A stretch of 63,219 bases of DNA, the filler included, from Corallochytrium limacisporum Hawaii (lineage: Eukaryota > Protista > Pluriformea), in assembly GCA_002811645.1 (NCBI GenBank). It is 5 parts of 5 records of this genome, joined end to end, with 100 filler letters (N's around TTAATTAATTAA, not from the genome) between each part and the next. Parts side by side here need not be neighbours in the genome. Positions count along the whole stretch, not along the records: positions 22,431 to 30,872 come from PDIP01000012.1; positions 30,973 to 48,689 come from PDIP01000176.1; 3 more parts are not named here. The stretch is one strand, 5' to 3'. The position numbers and the translations under genes were made by a program. The first letter of the stretch is position 1, and every line of letters begins with the position of its first letter. Under the pieces are notes generated by a model that made no database searches, was not told the DNA's origin, and saw only the letters and a program-made list of their open reading frames with translations. Below are positions 22,519 to 33,616 of this stretch, one piece after another.

Positions 22519-23257
22519 TATTATACAGTCTTAGTTTCCGCCACTGGCACACTTGTAAACCATCCTGTGATCTCCTCAGTGAGCGGCAGATGTGGTGCAA
22601 CAAAAGTTGGATCTGGCCGATCGAGCCGTCTTCATAAAAAAAAAATATGGGAGTCACAACTCACACCGGTAAACACGGTACATCGTACCCGGATACTATT
22701 GTTTGCATATCACAAAAGCTGGTAGCAACATGGGAGATGAAGAACTGGGAGTCTCTAAATTTTGCGCCCAGGGGCAGCACCTTCGGCTCGTGCGGTTAAA
22801 CGCCATTGGCTGGCTGGGGCAGAGCACCTCTCCTCCGTCACTTCCGTGACGCGACCCCGCCGAAAGGGAGAGGTTGGGGAAGTCTTTGGGGGGAGGGGGG
22901 GGAGGGGGAGGGGAAAACTCGAACAAAGTTGTATTCACCTTGCGGTCAGTAGAGACTTCCTGTAAACAATACGAGTGTTTCAATTCAAGAATATATAACA
23001 TGAATGTGTACAGTGCGTAGGTCAAGTTTGGTGAGATGATCTGGATTGTAAATGTGTTCCGGCGGATGAGAAAGTTGATATGTTACTGTACCTTGTACCA
23101 TGAAAGACAAGAAGGGAAAATTTAGGCACACAATAAGCTATTTAAAGCAAACGGATTGTATTGAGATCCCGTGAAAGACAGAAAATTAAACCTGAACAGG
23201 AACCAGACTAAACCATATTGGATCAGTTTACTGTTTGGCACAGAACCAGTCGTCATC

Positions 23258-24328
23258 ATGGAGGCTTCGAATGTACCCTATTTCAACCTCGGTCTCATTT
23301 TTAAGACCCTCACGATCATATGCAGCTTTGTCGCCGCCGGGTGCATGCTCGGCTCTGATTTGGTAAAGCATAGCAAAGATTTGAAGACTCAAGAGAGGGC
23401 CGCTGCCCTTGGAGCTGGAGTCGTTTTTCTCTTCGGGGGCGTTGTAGCTATTGGATTACTGATCAGCTACGTCGGTACCACCCTGAGGGGTTCCACTGTC
23501 GCTAAGCTGCAGAACGCGAGCTTTACCAGGGGACAAACTGCCATCTGGACGGTTGTCACCTTGGTATTCTCAAGTCTCTATCTCGGCATTTACTGTAACA
23601 ATGACTTTCTAGTGGAAGTTGTTGAGTATGACCGTACGGGCAAGGCCCATTACTACTATACACCAACCACCATCTTCTCACCGCGTTACCCTGGGAATGG
23701 GCAATACTCTGCGGTCGTAGTGTTTGGGTTCCTCGCTGTCCTCTGGTGGCTCTTGGACTTCGCCGTTTCTTGCTCTCAGTTCAACTCGCTGAAGCGCGGG
23801 CTTGGAGTCAGTCTGTCTTTGCCCTACACTGTTGTGAAGGTGTTCCTGATGGCTATCAGCTGTGTCGTCGCCAGTTTGATGATCTCGTCCGCTCTGTGGC
23901 AAGATTTCGGTGCTGGAAGTCACAACCAGGTGGCCTCCAAAGTTGGCCTCGGTGTTGTTGCTCTCATTAGCGCCGCCGTAAGCTATGCACTTCTTTCCAG
24001 CTACCTATCCATTGCCGTATCAGGATCATCAACACATATCAAGCAGCACAAGAATGCTGGCCTTGTGCTGTCACTTGTCATGGTTTGCCTCACTCTTCTT
24101 TTCTCTATCTACTTCATTGGTGCCTTCGCCTCTTCACACTGGAATGGTGGTGATTTTGAGAATTGGTGGGACGATACCATCTTTGCAAAGCAAAGCCCAG
24201 GATACCTGACATACTGGTTCGCTGCCATCTTCGGTATCATCACTGGCATTTTCTGGTTCATGGACTTCCTGGTGACCTACTATTGCGTGGCTTCTGAACC
24301 CTTCACTTCTCCCAAGTCTATGGCTTAA
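23258..24328 (+). CDS. Polytopic membrane protein, two tandem 4-TM (MARVEL-like) halves
   Basis: About 8 hydrophobic helices. The halves align, e.g. TTIFSPRYPGNGQYSAVVVFGFLAVLWWLLDFAV vs DTIFAKQSPGYLTYWFAAIFGIITGIFWFMDFLV. MARVEL label is inferred. Confidence 0.8.
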   Translation: MEASNVPYFNLGLIFKTLTIICSFVAAGCMLGSDLVKHSKDLKTQERAAALGAGVVFLFGGVVAIGLLISYVGTTLRGSTVAKLQNASFTRGQTAIWTVVTLVFSSLYLGIYCNNDFLVEVVEYDRTGKAHYYYTPTTIFSPRYPGNGQYSAVVVFGFLAVLWWLLDFAVSCSQFNSLKRGLGVSLSLPYTVVKVFLMAISCVVASLMISSALWQDFGAGSHNQVASKVGLGVVALISAAVSYALLSSYLSIAVSGSSTHIKQHKNAGLVLSLVMVCLTLLFSIYFIGAFASSHWNGGDFENWWDDTIFAKQSPGYLTYWFAAIFGIITGIFWFMDFLVTYYCVASEPFTSPKSMA

Positions 24329-27029
24329 ATTCACAAAATCATAATTAAAGTACTGTATCACGGTACCACATGCCCCCCCCTTCTTTTTCCCTTTGCTTAG
24401 GTGTTGTGGACTCTTTCACCCCCATCGCTGCCCTGACTGTGTGCACTGACCTCCCTTCTGTGCTGTGCACACACACTTTGACAGCCAGCCTAGGTCACAG
24501 GACACTGAGAACTGACCACTCCCCCCTCCCCTCCATCTGGTGGAGGTAGGTGAAGAAAAGGCTCTTTAACTGCTAGTATGTGTCCTATGTTGTCCATCCC
24601 GGTGGTTTTTCTATGGTATGTCCTCCACCTCGGTGGGTTATTTTCTTGTCTTTCCTAAAGTCCGCCCGGGTAAGGAGGGGGGAGGGGGGTTGGTTGTTTT
24701 CCCGTTTGGTTCAAAAGTTTGNNNNNNNNNNNNNNNNNNNNNNNNNNNNNNNNNNNNNNNNNNNNNNNNNNNNNNNNNNNNNNNNNNNNNNNNNNNNNNN
24801 NNNNNNNNNNNNNNNNNNNNNNNNNNNNNNNNNNNNNNNNNNNNNNNNNNNNNNNNNNNNNNNNNNNNNNNNNNNNNNNNNNNNNNNNNNNNNNNNNNNN
24901 NNNNNNNNNNNNNNNNNNNNNNNNNNNNNNNNNNNNNNNNNNNNNNNNNNNNNNNNNNNNNNNNNNNNNNNNNNNNNNNNNNNNNNNNNNNNNNNNNNNN
25001 NNNNNNNNNNGGGGAGGGGCAGCAGCCAGGCAAAAGCTTTCAATCACCCCCCAAGTGTACCCCGGTCTTAGTAAAGCCCAGGAGCTGATAATGGGTGCGA
25101 TAGGTGTTAGGCTCATTTTTTTATCGACGCTGGCCAAAAAACAAAAAAACCTCGAAGGGGTCATGACTCACTTTTTGCCGCAGAGTTCATGAATTTTCTG
25201 CCTATAGAAATTAATGGTAGCACGAAGCACCAGAGCACCAAAGGCAGGGAGGGGGGGGTTTGGTTTCGTAGTGCCCACACTGGGCACCCCTAAGCACCCT
25301 CTGCCCGACAACACAGACACATCTCGGTTCTTCCTGAACAAAAAAAAATATTCTACCCCGACACCTCTCGGTTCTTCCAGAACCCACCGTTCTGCCTGGG
25401 ACCTGAGTGAAAAATATTCTACCCCCTCCCCCCGTTGGGCCACTCCTCGCAAAACCATCCACGTTGGCCGTTTATCGAGTACCGTGGGGGTCTATCAGTT
25501 CCTAAATATTTACAATGTTCCGGCCAACTTTTACAGGGAAAGCCCATCTGGTCGGGGGTCCTCTATGGGCAAATTGCCGTCGGGAGGTGGCTCGCAGATC
25601 TTTCGGATACCGGGGCCCTGGGAAGGGCGGAGGTTCCGGTTCCCCTTTTTCACACCGCTCCGGCTGTGGCTCGTGAAGGACCCACTTTGGAGGCTGTACG
25701 GTGAGAGAGAGGTTCAGGCGATTCCCCAGACAGAGAAGACGCTCCTTCTGGCCTCGATCACCATACGGAGTGGCGTAGCTGTACGCATTCTGGATTTGTG
25801 TCAACTACCGCGAGGCCTATGACATACTATGACATGTTTGCAGTGAACGGTATCTTTGGAGAATGGGTGTGTGTGTGTGTGTCATGTTTTCTTAGGGATT
25901 GCCATTGTTGCACTCCCACAGGGCTTGGACTGGACTGGACTGGACTGTCCCGCGCTTCCACTTCCACACCCGTTGTTCAAAACAAACCATCAAATGACAC
26001 GGACAGCACCATACGACGAAACGACTTCACCATTAAAAAAAGACACGGGCAACACAAATGGAATGTGAAAATCATAGCACCGAGAACGAACATGATTCCT
26101 AATTCGTACCCAATCTGCCAGATTGTATCCCGCTCCCAGACAACATGATTGTACCTCATGGCCAGCTAACTTGATGGCATTTGCGCGCCAAGCGCACCGC
26201 AAACGCCGATTGCTCACACTCCCATCGCTTAAGACTCTCAACCGTGAGCCTTGTGTGGGGGAGACCCCCCATCCTGCCACTTTCTCTTCGGCCCCCTTTC
26301 GGGCGGCCCCTGGGAGGGAAGGGGACCTCTGCCGGGTACGGGGGTACCTACAGAACGATCAATTTTTGTGCGGATTCAGACGTGCCCCCCTCCCCCCCCC
26401 CCGGGGAACGTAGCAAGGGTGGTCGCGTTACAAGGGGAATCCTTCTCGTCCTGGCCTGAATCTTCCGCTTCTTTGGTGGTACTGGAAAATGATCGTGCGA
26501 TCTTAGTGGATCGTGGACGAGAAATTGCGCACATGCTTATGGGTTCTTTCAAGCTGAATGGACTGGGAAAGAAACTGTGAGATCATGGGTCCACTATAAT
26601 TGTTCGAACGTTTCTCGACACGTTTTAATTCAGTGCTAACCATGGACTGTTGGGCACAGAAATGTAAGGATCGCTGTGTATGCTGTGTTACTACATCTCC
26701 CTGTGACTGCCTTATAGACTTCTGCTTGATCACAATCTTCATGGCCATCGTGTCGCTGATGAGTGACTTCATTGGAAGGTGGCGGGATCCGGGACGCGAA
26801 AGACCTTGGACTATCTTTCATGACGGGGTTGGTTCTCTGGCTTACCCCCGAGTGCCCATGGCATTGTCCATTGAGAAGACAGCAAACGCCACATCGTCAT
26901 CTCCACCATCTTTTGCCATAGGTAGTCCTCTGCTTGCACTTCGTTCTTGAGCTGTCGCCAGCTACAGCTTATGTTGCACTGTCTAATGGGATGCGACTTT
27001 GCACCTTGTGACTCGAGACCATCAGCCAC

Positions 27030-27790
27030 CATGCTCAATGTCGGTTTTTAGGATGGCAACAAGCCAGTGTGGCATCGGATGACCTACTGAAAATCAACAA
27101 AAGCACGCATTTGCAGAATACGGACAGAGGCTTGCCTTTTGCGGGACGGGCCCACGCCAGGGAGCAGTCAATCGCAACTCCGGAGTCCCTTCCAGCACCC
27201 ATCGCCGCGCCCCCCTACCCAACCAACCAGGCAATTTGCTTGAAAACGCCGTCCCTGGCGGCGCACAACTCCAGAGAAAGCAATAAATTCAAAAAAAAAA
27301 CCAGGCCAAAAACAATCAAAAGAGACCCCAACCACGAGCAGGTAAGGGGAGTCAGACCAGTGTGGGGCGGAGGGGTATACTGGGCCCGGGCCCGTGCTCC
27401 TTTGTTAGCAGTACTTGAAACAGCCCTGCTTTTGCCGAACTTAAAATAGCCACTAAAATCGCCGTGTGTGCAGAACTGGCACGATTACGCACACAAAAAA
27501 AAAAAATGAAAGTAAAAATGACCAGCCTCGATGAAACTTTTGCTCAGGACCCGATCACCACGAGCCCAAAAAAAAAAATATGAGGGAAAACGGCCAAAGA
27601 CAGAGAAGAGTGACCCGTATCGGCATCCAAAAGGTAAGAAATTCCTATATTTTCACCCAGGCAACGGGAGCAGCTTTGTAACTTTCCTAGTTTTCTTCTT
27701 AAATGTCTCTCTCCTTGCCATGTGCACCAGTATATTCACCACCGTAGCAAAAAAACAAAAAATGCCCGCCCAAAGTTTCAGTTGAGCAGT
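27030..27790 (+). repeat. Diverged direct duplication, copy 1 (copy 2 at ~29800-30610)
   Basis: Collinear anchors: AGCCAGTGTGGCATCRGATGACC (27062/29831), CAGAGGCTTGCCTTTTGCGGGAC (27125/29983), ACCGTAGCA, CCCAAAGTTTCA (27769/30593). Confidence 0.8.
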
Positions 27791-28074
27791 TTGACCTCCC
27801 CCGGCAAGTATGCTCGCCTTCCCTCCAGAGTATAGAAATAGATTTTCAAACAGTCAGTACTGAAAGTGGACGGAGACCTTGGCAAGGTGGAAGGAAGGGG
27901 AGGGAGCTCGTGGCAACCGTAGAATTTGGATAGAGAATTGTTTGGTACTACCTGCGATCTATTGTTTTTGTCCATATTTCTTTCTTCAATTTTTGTGATC
28001 TGCAGCGTTGGTTTCTTTTTGCCACCTTTCCGTCTGCCTCGCTCGAACCCTGGCGCATGTGTAACCCCGGGGAG

Positions 28075-28076
<2 letters not shown>

Positions 28077-28142
<66 letters not shown>
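28077..28142. repeat. (GT)n microsatellite, ~33 units
   Basis: Perfect GT dinucleotide run. Confidence 0.98.
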
Positions 28143-28143
<1 letters not shown>

Positions 28144-28442
28144 GAGTTTTCGCTAGGATACTTTAAAGGCCGGTAGGGACCCAGGGCGGGGCTGTAGAGG
28201 CGGGGCGGGTCTGGGCACGGGCCATGGCGCTCTGGGCATGTGCCTCTCTGGGACCCTGGGGAAGCGAAGGGAAGATCGGTAAACTGTGTTTCCTGGGAAG
28301 CAGTGACCTGGGGTCAATGGTTGTGGATGGGCACAGGTATTTATGTAGAGCTGTAATGGAATGTTTTGTACGGAAATGTAAAAGTAGTAAACTTGTGACT
28401 CACACAGTAAGCGTATATTTACCATTTAAAGAATCTTGAATC

Positions 28443-29066
28443 ATGAAGATGCTGATCAGCATGGCTTTGGCTGCGTCCGTGGCGATTGCAAAGGTCTCCG
28501 CACATCCTACATGCGTGCATTTGGGCGACACATGTTCCTCACAAAGTGGTTTGGATACCTGCTGTAGGGACAATGTGTGTGGTCCGTTTCCTACCACCAA
28601 TGACACACAGCATTGTGTTGAACGCAGGCAGGAAGGCATGGAGTGTGGGGACGAATCCAACAATGTTCAGGCTTGGCTCTGCGAAGAAGGTCTGAACTGT
28701 GTAAGGGACAGTAACGGCAAGGGGGTCTGTACAGCCACTCCCTCGGGCGACCTTTACTGTGGAGCTGGCAACGCATACTATAATGATTTAGACCAGAGCT
28801 CTTTCTGTGACGCGGACACCCAATACTGTGCCGTAGAATTTAACAGTCAGGCGCTGTACTGCCAGCCCTACATTAAGGAGGGACGTGTTTGCTCTGAAAA
28901 CCAAGGTCCACCCTTCGATTTGGGTTGGATATTAGAATGTGAGCCAGACCATGACCTTGTCTGCTGTCCTCATCGTTCGCGCGCCGCTAGATGCGCCAAG
29001 TCATCTGAATGCATTGGCGAGGGTCTACCCCCAAATCCAACGCCGCCGCCTCAGCCGGTCTCTTAA
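28443..29066 (+). CDS. Secreted cysteine-rich protein
   Basis: Signal peptide (MKMLISMALAASVAIAKVSA), many regularly spaced Cys in repeated modules (EGMECG..CEEGLNC; EGRVCS..CEPDHDLVCC), Pro-rich tail, AATAAA downstream. Confidence 0.85.
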   Translation: MKMLISMALAASVAIAKVSAHPTCVHLGDTCSSQSGLDTCCRDNVCGPFPTTNDTQHCVERRQEGMECGDESNNVQAWLCEEGLNCVRDSNGKGVCTATPSGDLYCGAGNAYYNDLDQSSFCDADTQYCAVEFNSQALYCQPYIKEGRVCSENQGPPFDLGWILECEPDHDLVCCPHRSRAARCAKSSECIGEGLPPNPTPPPQPVS

Positions 29067-29799
29067 GCACACACTCGTACTATGACTCAGCTGGTTCAGA
29101 ATCAGTCCCTGCATTAAGTCACCCGAATGCTCATCGACTCAATTTGATCCCATGAAATAAAACACGATTGTCATAGCAATACCTCGATGATGTTCCCATA
29201 ATCATCCACTCTGGCATAGGTCATTGAAGCGCCGTAATGCACCATGTTAATGCCCTGCACCTCCTATCTTCAAGTCCTCATGAACAGCGCAGCACATCCT
29301 CCTGCCCAATAAAGTATTATAAAATTAACGTCATGAATAAGTCACTATTATACACAATCTGTCGTGTGGGTTTATGCTCATGTGTGCTGCGGTCGTCGAC
29401 TGCCTCGCACTGAGCAAGAACAATTCTCCCTTCCCCCGACCCCGGGGGCTCTCGTCCGGACGTGCTCGGGAGCGCAGTGTTTGCTTTGTCTCCCTGCGTT
29501 GGCCAGTGGGTGAAGGCCTGGGGTAGTTTGCCACAGACTCTGACGGCCCGGATCATCATGCACCAAGAAGTGCTGGTGACTGGCATACGACGGGCGACTT
29601 GGATTATTTCAACACTGCAAGCGCGGACGACCAACAGGTAGTATAAGCCATAGCAGAAATAATGGAAGTAGAGGACAAATTCTTGCTGGTCCTTACCGAG
29701 GGCCTGCACAGCACGTTCTTGGCTGCCTGCGTCTCTCCCTTGGGACTGGAATGCTGCATAGGGGTTGCAATAAGAAAAACCCCGTCGATACAACTCCAA

Positions 29800-30610
29800 A
29801 TGCTGAATGTCTGCTATAGAATGACAAACCAGCCAGTGTGGCATCAGATGACCACCGGCACTCAATGGACCTGAAATCGGAACTGCGTGCAGTTCTACTT
29901 TCAATTCCTCAGCTCTCGCCACCCAACTTCAGCCAAAAAGCGAGCCGAAACCCAAAGAAAGCCTGAATTAGCAGAATTCGGGCAGAGGCTTGCCTTTTGC
30001 GGGACTAGGGCACGCACGCCAGGGAGAAGGTCAAGTCGCAACTGCGGAGGCCCTGCCACCACCACCCGGCTCCCCCCCCTTTTTTTTTCCAGCCAAGCAA
30101 AATTACAGAACTTCGTCTCGCAGTGTAGTCGCACAACTCAACAGAAATCAATAACAAAAAAAGGGGGGGGGGGGCAGGCCAAAGCCCATCAAAACGGACA
30201 CCAACGCAGTAGCGAGCAGGTAGGAGAGAGGTAGGTTAAGAGGAAGCGGAGGTATGCGGTCGGTGCCCCGTGCCCTTTGGTAGCCATGTACGAGAGCAAC
30301 CCGTGCTGTGTGCTTGAAACAGCCACTAAACCGGCACCGCGATCATGCAGTACTGAAACACCTACGTCACGCAGCCAAATGCTGGCCCACCACGTCGAAA
30401 CCTCCCTTTCTTTTTCACAACCCCCCCCCACGACGTTGAGTTCTCTATTAGCAAACGAGTAAATGGATCTAGAGAGGAAAGAAAATTCCTGTATGTTCAC
30501 TACCGGGATCTGACCTTGACAGCAATATTTTACCACTACCGTAGCAGAAAAGAGGGGACCAAAGAAAACCGCAAAGTTTGCTATTTTTCTTTCCCAAAGT
30601 TTCAATTTAG
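29800..30610 (+). repeat. Diverged direct duplication, copy 2
   Basis: Shares the collinear anchors listed for copy 1. Confidence 0.8.
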
Positions 30611-30633
30611 AAATTCCTTTAAGCTTGGCAGTA

Positions 30634-30872
30634 CCACCCTCTGTCTGGTATGTCAGGGTCAAAACTCCGAAAAACTTGACTCCCGAGGATCTTTTTCAAT
30701 CTTGATTGTATAATAATTTATATTGATTCTATTCTATTTCATTATATTTTGCTCTTTTTAACAATCATGCACAAATATTTCAATAGCTGATTCAAACGAA
30801 GAGTCCCTGCTACTCTCAAAAAAGGACTATTTTGACTTTGGCTTGACATTGAACACATCGTAGTCGTACAAA
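30634..30872. mobile_element. Opposite-orientation terminus of TA-bounded element, variant E; TA at 30632-30633
   Basis: TA|CCACCCTCTGTCTG is the exact 14-nt reverse complement of the terminus ending at 31101; AT-rich interior runs into the contig end. Confidence 0.8.
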
Positions 30873-30972
30873 NNNNNNNNNNNNNNNNNNNNNNNNNNNN
30901 NNNNNNNNNNNNNNNNTTAATTAATTAANNNNNNNNNNNNNNNNNNNNNNNNNNNNNNNNNNNNNNNNNNNN

Positions 30973-31101
30973 AAGATTGGCACAGTTATACATTCGAGGG
31001 TGCTGAGTTCGAATCTGTCAAAATTTTCCCGCTCTCCCAAGCGACGGCAGAGCTAAATCAAAATGAGTAGATTTGATACAATATTCTCAGACAGAGGGTG
31101 G
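30973..31101. mobile_element. Terminus of TA-bounded element, variant A; TA at 31102-31103
   Basis: Ends ...ACAATATTCTCAGACAGAGGGTGG|TA; subterminal GCTGAGTTCGAA-N11-TTTCCCGC. Confidence 0.8.
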
Positions 31102-33616
31102 TACTAAGAAAGATTTGCGATATATTGAGTTCTCATTCCTCTTTCCTTCTTCCTTTCCCCCGCCCACCCTCTCCCCAGGAGAACCCTTGTGTATTCTGTC
31201 TCTCCCTCTATTTTTTTTTGTTGCTGACTTCGTCTTTTAATTCTGTTTCAATCTTTCAAGCTAATTTGTTTTCTACTGAACCTCCCCCCCCGGGGGGGTA
31301 GGGGGTCCCCACGACCAGGCTTCCGACATTGGTGTCCTTTTCTTTTAATTGTTTTGGTCCCCGAGGAATCGAATTCGAAATCTTTTCGCTCTTGTGTGTA
31401 TTTTTTTTTTGCTTTCAATCTTCCATAGTCATTGGCACCCTTTTCTTTTTAACACCCGTCCTCTTCCCCCCCCTCCCCGGGGGCCGGGGTCCTCCGTCCC
31501 CCCTAAACTGTTTTTCCACCCACGCGGGTGGTGGAGTACACGGGGCACTTCTGCGCGGTTCTCTCCCCGTTTCTTTTTCGTCAAAAAGTTTTTCACACCA
31601 AGGGCCACCCCGCATCCCTCCCAGCAGCTTGGCTGGCTCTCTGGCTGCCTGGCAAGCTGACCCCCTCCCCCCCCCCACACCCCTCTTTGTCCGCTGGTGT
31701 GTCCCTTTAGTTCGGTACCAATCTGACCGGATATTTCGTACAAGTTCGTCGTCCGTGGTTGTGGGTGGGGGCTGTTGTCTCCACTGCCTCGGGACAAAAA
31801 GCGAATGGGCGCTACCACCATTTTTTTGTTTGAAAAAAAAAGGAAACTCTCATTCACAGCATATGACAAAGAAATGGTTGGTGGCAACGGTCATATTATT
31901 CAGCGCAAAACAAAAATAGGAATGGATTTTATACCGCGCTGCTCTGAGAGCAATTCGGGGAGTGGTTTCGGTAGGGCCTGCCTGTGGGTTTCTTGCACTA
32001 TGGATTTGAACATGGTGGCGCCGTGCTCTTTGTTGTCCACCACCAATTAGTTGGAGCCATCGGAAGAAAAGGGGAAGAATAGTTGGTACCGAGTCTACCA
32101 TGTCCAAGTGCCCACGGACAATTTGTGAAGAACTCTTCTTTCTTAGATGTTAGGGGCGTCAAAACGGGGTTTTCATCCGCCCGCCAACACAACCAAGCGA
32201 AATTTCCCCATTCCTGAAGTCGATTTAATTCCACTCTTTTGCATTTTGTGTTGTTTTTTATTGGTTCTCGGGTATTGTACCTTCTTGGTCGGGGGAAGAG
32301 CGAGCAAAGGCCCAATTCCTCGGCAGGATAGAATGATAACATCACAAAAAGCAAATCGCGCTTTCTTGAAACGCCACCACCCTTCCAAAGCTGTTTTTTT
32401 TTATTTGGAAGGGGGCACCACGGCCCTTTTCTTCTTATTCATTTTGACTGTACAAACTCCAAAAGGGACGGCGGCGGACTTCTCCCAAGTTAGGATTTCG
32501 TCACCGCCGTGTGTGTGTGTGGGTGTTTCTTTTCGTATTATACTATTGGGGNNNNNNNNNNNNNNNNNNNNNNNNNNNNNNNNNNNNNNNNNNNNNNNNN
32601 NNNNNNNNNNNNNNNNNNNNNNNNNNNNNNNNNNNNNNNNNNNNNNNNNNNNNNNNNNNNNNNNNNNNNNNNNNNNNNNNNNNNNNNNNNNNNNNNNNNN
32701 NNNNNNNNNNNNNNNNNNNNNNNNNNNNNNNNNNNNNNNNNNNNNNNNNNNNNNNNNNNNNNNNNNNNNNNNNNNNNNNNNNNNNNNNNNNNNNNNNNNN
32801 NNNNNNNNNNNNNNNNNNNNGGGAGAGGAGGGGGGGGGGGGGGGATTACACTGGGAGGGGGGGGGGCGGAGAGCTAGGATCACGGCCGCGAGGGAACCTG
32901 TGCTGGTGCGGGGTGAGGGGGGCGATGTTTTAACCTTTCCGGTGAAACTCGCTAGGCTCAGGCGGAAAACATTTTTGCTTTGAACAACGAAATAGTGCCT
33001 GCGTGGTATCGGAGAGCATGATCACAAATGTAATTGCGATCCTGGGTACTATTGACCGTCTTATCGACCACCCAATCCAGGCACGGTCGGAAACCAGCCA
33101 GGCCGTGAGGCGATGTGATGGTTTCCATAGTGCCTGCACTGAAGTCTATGTCCCAATTGGACCCTCACTGGTCATTCTTGGGTAAAATCAAAGGTCCCTT
33201 ATCCATCCGCTCAGCTTGTTGAATCACCACGGTTTTGTCACCACAAGGGTACACAGACAGCTGGGTAGGCCCTATCAAGGAAAACGTGACACCCCTGGTG
33301 AGCATGCCACTCTTGTCTCAAGTGACGTTATATAGAGAGTGGGATCCGGGAAATCTATTTAATTCGCATAAATGATAGATACTGGGGTTCAGCTTGCGTG
33401 GAGATTGGTCGGGACCCGGAGTGAACAAGTGCGCGGGAGAGGGAGTCCAGGTGCGCGGGCGGGTCACCCTGATCCACTTGGTGACCTGGGGATAGACATG
33501 GAATTATGGTACATTTTTGTATGGATTGTTTCCGATTGACATGTTAGATAACGTACTATGGTGAAAAGGAAATAGTGCGCTTTTGCAGGCTATGGATCTG
33601 CCGGCATGGTACCCGA

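Noticed and set aside
24580-25192. ORFs spanning N-runs (also ~11000, 32147-32983, 45596-46372)
   Set aside because: Open only because N codons contain no stops.
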